Shown: piece by piece, positions 60,917 through 64,000 of the stretch
How the letters are laid out: every line of letters begins with the position of its first letter
How positions within the stretch are numbered: position 1 is the first letter of the stretch
Source: Dictyostelium discoideum
Lineage: Eukaryota
NCBI GenBank assembly: GCA_000004695.1
Contig: CM000153.2
Span: forward strand, 2,592,001 to 2,656,000
Length of the DNA stretch: 64,000 bases
Direction of reading: 5' to 3'
Made by a program: the position numbers and the translations under genes
Notes under the pieces: generated by a model
The model's input: the letters and a program-made list of their open reading frames with translations, nothing else
What the model was told of the DNA's origin: nothing
The model's database searches: none

Positions 60917-61325
60917 TTATTCTTCTTCTTCTGGAGCATCACCACGCTATTAGAATTAAAAAAAAGAAAAAGTAAAAGAAAAATGAAAAACAGGTTAGTA
61001 ATGGAACATATTTAAAGATAAATTCAAAAATACAGAGAAAACACATACGTATGGTGGTGGTGGTGGTGGTGGTGGGAGACCATTCCATGTTACATTGTTA
61101 TTTCCAAAGGAAATACCAGTGGATGATTTGGAGGAAACCTTGGTGGCACTTGATTTACCGGCACCAAATGAGAGTTTGGTTAAAGCGTCTAAAAAAAAAT
61201 TAATTTTTATAATTAAAATGTTAGCAATTATTTATTTATTTATTTATTTATTTTGTTGGAAGTTATTTTAATTTAATTTTAATTTTCGTCGTTTAAAAAA
61301 TATATAAATATTTACCAATTAACAT
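60917..61325 (-). CDS. Small Ser/Gly/Pro-rich protein (about 59 aa) with a poly-Pro and RGD C-terminus, copy 1. Three exons: complement(join(60917..60946,61049..61188,61316..61325)).
   Basis: Spliced product MLI|DALTKLSFGAGKSSATKVSSKSSTGISFGNNNVTWNGLPPPPPPPPY|RGDAPEEEE. Donors G|GTAAAT and TAC|GTATGT. Acceptors ttttttttag and aattctaatag. Phases 1/0 are consistent. The composition recalls the small HssA/2C/7E-type Dictyostelium proteins, but this is unconfirmed. Confidence 0.5.
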
Positions 61326-61538
61326 TTTTATTTATTTATATATTTTGTGGTTTTTGATAATATTTTTAAAATTATATTAAAAGATAGAAAGTATTTTTAC
61401 AAATAGAAATAATAGTAGTATTGGTACAAATTGTTGTTTGAAATGATTAAAAAAATAAAAAAAAATTTCATTTTTATACTTTTTTTTTAAGTGTTTGTTT
61501 TTTTTTTTCAATCATTTTCCTCGAAGAAGATATTAATT

Positions 61539-61570
<32 letters not shown>

Positions 61571-61856
61571 TTTTTTTTTGTCAAAACCAATATTTGCACG
61601 TTCAAATTGATTTTAAATTTATTTTTTTTTAATATTTAGCTTGTCCAAAGATATTATTTTTTGTTCGCGACATTTAATCTTTGCAAAAAAAAAAAATTAT
61701 TCAAATTTTCAAATAAAAAAATTAATAAAAAAAAGGTTGTATTTTGATTGAAAAATGAAAATGGTGGAAATAAAAAATGTTTAGAATGGTTTAAATTTTT
61801 TTATTATTTTTAATTTTTTTTTTTTTTTTAATATTAATTTTTGATTTAAATTAAAA

Positions 61857-61944
61857 TTTTTTGTCCAATTAAAAAGTTGAGAAATTTGATATTTTATCAA
61901 TCATCATATCAAATTTCCCAACTTTTTAATTGGACAAAAAATTG

Positions 61945-61946
<2 letters not shown>
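61857..61946. repeat. About 90-bp near-perfect palindrome (hairpin-forming inverted repeat) within duplicated unit 1.
   Basis: ttgtccaattaaaaagttgagaaatttgatat..atatcaaatttcccaactttttaattggacaa. The two arms are reverse complements apart from 1-2 mismatches. One arm recurs at about 63826-63880 in unit 2. Confidence 0.7.
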
Positions 61947-61979
<33 letters not shown>

Positions 61980-62789
61980 ATTTAAGTTTTTAGATATTTT
62001 TTAAAAGTAATCATGAAGATTTTTAAAAAAAGAGAACTTTTAAAAAATTGAAATTTGTTGTTTTTTAAAATCTTTATTATGTAAATTTATTTTTTAATAA
62101 AATTTTTGGGTTATGAAATTAAATAAATAAATACAAGAAATAATAAAAAATAAAAAATTAAAAAAAAAATTTACTTTTGATTTATAATTCTTTGATACCT
62201 GAATTCATAAAATGTTTGAAAATTTCTTTTAGAAAATTTATATATACCTCCTTGGAAACTTGGTATGAAAATCTGCACTACTCTACTATTTAATTATTAT
62301 TATTTGATTGTTTAAAAACATACTATTGTAACGTTGTTAATTATTTAAGATTTTGGAAGTTTTTTTAAAGTGAAATAATCATATTCATGAGAATAATTAA
62401 TAAATTGCAAAATCTCTTCATTTATTTTATTTCACACTATTCTTTTTCTCTTATGTATTACATTTCTATAACTTATAAGAATTGGTTCATGCTAAGAATC
62501 AATCAAAATTTTATGATTAACTTTATTCTTATGATAATGAATTAAATTCATAATTTGAGTAAGAGCAAGGATAACATTTTTTTTTATATTCAACAATTTT
62601 AAACAAATATTAAAAATTCCAAATACTACACGATGATGTGAAATCGTTTCACTCAAAAAAAAGAAAATAAAAAAAAAAAGTAAAAATAGAAAAAAATAAT
62701 GAAAATCAAAAATAGAAATAATTTTAAAATATATATTAAGTAATACATCGACTCCTTGATGAGTAGTTTATTTTTAAATAATTTAGCAA

Positions 62790-63186
62790 TTATTCTTCTT
62801 CTTCTGGAGCATCACCACGCTATTAGAATTAAAATAAAAGATAGAAAAAAAAAAGAAAGAGAGAAATGGGTTAGTAATGGAATATATTTTAAAGATAAAT
62901 TCTAAAATAGAGAGAAAACACATACGTATGGTGGTGGTGGTGGTGGTGGTGGGAGACCATTCCATGTTACATTGTTATTTCCAAAGGAAATACCAGTGGA
63001 TGATTTGGAGGAAACCTTGGTAGCACTTGATTTACCGGAACCGAATGAGAGTTTGGTTAAAGCATCTAAAAATTTAATTTTAATTATTAAAATGTTAGAA
63101 ATTATTATATTATTTATTTATTTTGTTGGTGGTTTAATTTTAATTTTCCTTGTTTAAAAAATATATAAATATTTACCAATTAACAT
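62790..63186 (-). CDS. Small Ser/Gly/Pro-rich poly-Pro/RGD protein, copy 2. Three exons: complement(join(62790..62819,62926..63065,63177..63186)).
   Basis: Identical exon structure to copy 1. The product differs by one residue (FGSGK vs FGAGK) plus silent changes. Confidence 0.5.
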
Positions 63187-64000
63187 TTTTATTTATTTAT
63201 ATATATTGGGGTTGTTGATAATATTTAAAAATTATATTAAAAAAAAAAATAGAAAGTATTTTTACAAGTAGAAGTAATAGTAGTATTGGTACAGATTGTT
63301 GTTTTGAAATGATTAAAAAAAAAAAAAAATTTTCATTTTTATACTTTTTTTTTTTATATCATCAAAACAAAAATTCTCAATAATATTAATTTTCTTTTTC
63401 TTTTCCCACACAAAAAATTTTTCGTCGCAAAGATATTTTTTTTTTCAAATTTTTAGACTCAACACCCTATTGGCCAAAAAATACATTCAAAGAAAGACTG
63501 CAAATGATTGATTTTATTGGACAACACAAAAATTGTTTTTTTGATCGTATCTCAGTGCTCTAACCAGATATTTCCATAAAAAAAAAAAAAAAGCAAACCA
63601 ATCCCCATCTTGTTTTTTTTTTTTTTTTTTTTAATTTTTTAATTATTTTTTTTAATTTTTTTTTTTTTTTTTTTTTTAATTTTGTTGCAAAGATTGGGTT
63701 GATAAAAAGATTTCAAAGAACAAAAATATTAAATGATTTAATTATTTTTATTTTTATTTTTCATTTTTATTTTTATTTTTATTTTTTTTTTATTTTTTTT
63801 TTTTTTGATATTAATTATTAATTTATGTCCAATAAAAAAGTTGGGAAAATATTAATTTGATATTTTATCAATCATCATATATGTTGCGAACTTTTTTTTT
63901 TTTTTTTTTTTTTTTTTATTGGATCAAGTATTTTGATATTTTTTAAAATAATCATAAATAAAACATTTTTAAATGTTCCCAATTTTCTTTTTTTTTTTTT

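Larger units (their letters stand above)
60870..64000. repeat. Direct tandem duplication: two copies of an about 1.87-kb unit (about 60870..62740 and about 62741..window end). Each carries a small 3-exon gene and an upstream conserved block.
   Basis: 60881-61330 and 62741-63190 align nearly base for base across exons and introns (a few substitutions). 61311-61470 and 63171-63330 are also highly similar. Confidence 0.8.

Overview
The window is AT-rich (about 75-80% AT) eukaryotic nuclear DNA with the hallmarks of Dictyostelium discoideum (social amoeba). It has long (AAT)n, (CAA)n, (TTTA)n and homopolymer tracts, poly-N and poly-Q coding runs, and short AT-rich introns with GTAAGT / GTATGT / GTAATT donors and AG acceptors. 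The supplied ORF track uses bacterial start rules (TTG/GTG starts) and ignores splicing, so I rebuilt genes by hand from donor/acceptor motifs, reading-frame phase and protein-family motifs. All exon coordinates are hand-counted from the sequence text and may be off by 1-2 nt. I support about 28 protein-coding genes and found no rRNA, tRNA, CRISPR or intact transposon.

Housekeeping genes with recognisable family motifs: RNA polymerase II subunit RPB7 (4 exons), cullin-3 (5 exons), AP-4 sigma adaptin (4 exons, one a 12-nt micro-exon), a MEMO1 homologue, Tim10, methylthioribulose-1-phosphate dehydratase (MtnB), an ADCK1-type ABC1 kinase, a cytochrome P450 (with a 26-nt exon), an RDH-like short-chain dehydrogenase, an aldo-keto reductase, two tandem isochorismatase-family paralogues that both end in PTS1-like tripeptides, a PDCD2-like protein, a divergent Skp1-family protein, and a Rab-like GTPase with a degenerate P-loop.

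Lineage-specific or unusual genes: a secreted CAP (YkwD-like) + mucin + 2xWSC protein; a voltage-sensor-domain-like 4-TM protein with no pore domain; a pair of divergently transcribed giant paralogues (beta-helix repeats + Cys-rich EGF/TNFR-like module + about 9 TM helices) sharing one intergenic region; an inverted pair of type-I membrane paralogues flanking the SDR gene; two tandem poly-N membrane paralogues; and a recent about 1.87-kb tandem duplication carrying a tiny 3-exon Pro-rich gene plus a palindromic hairpin element.

The candidates I consider most interesting are the giant beta-helix/EGF/multi-TM paralogue pair with its neighbouring type-I membrane paralogue pair, the pore-less VSD-like protein, and the tandemly duplicated small gene with its hairpin element.
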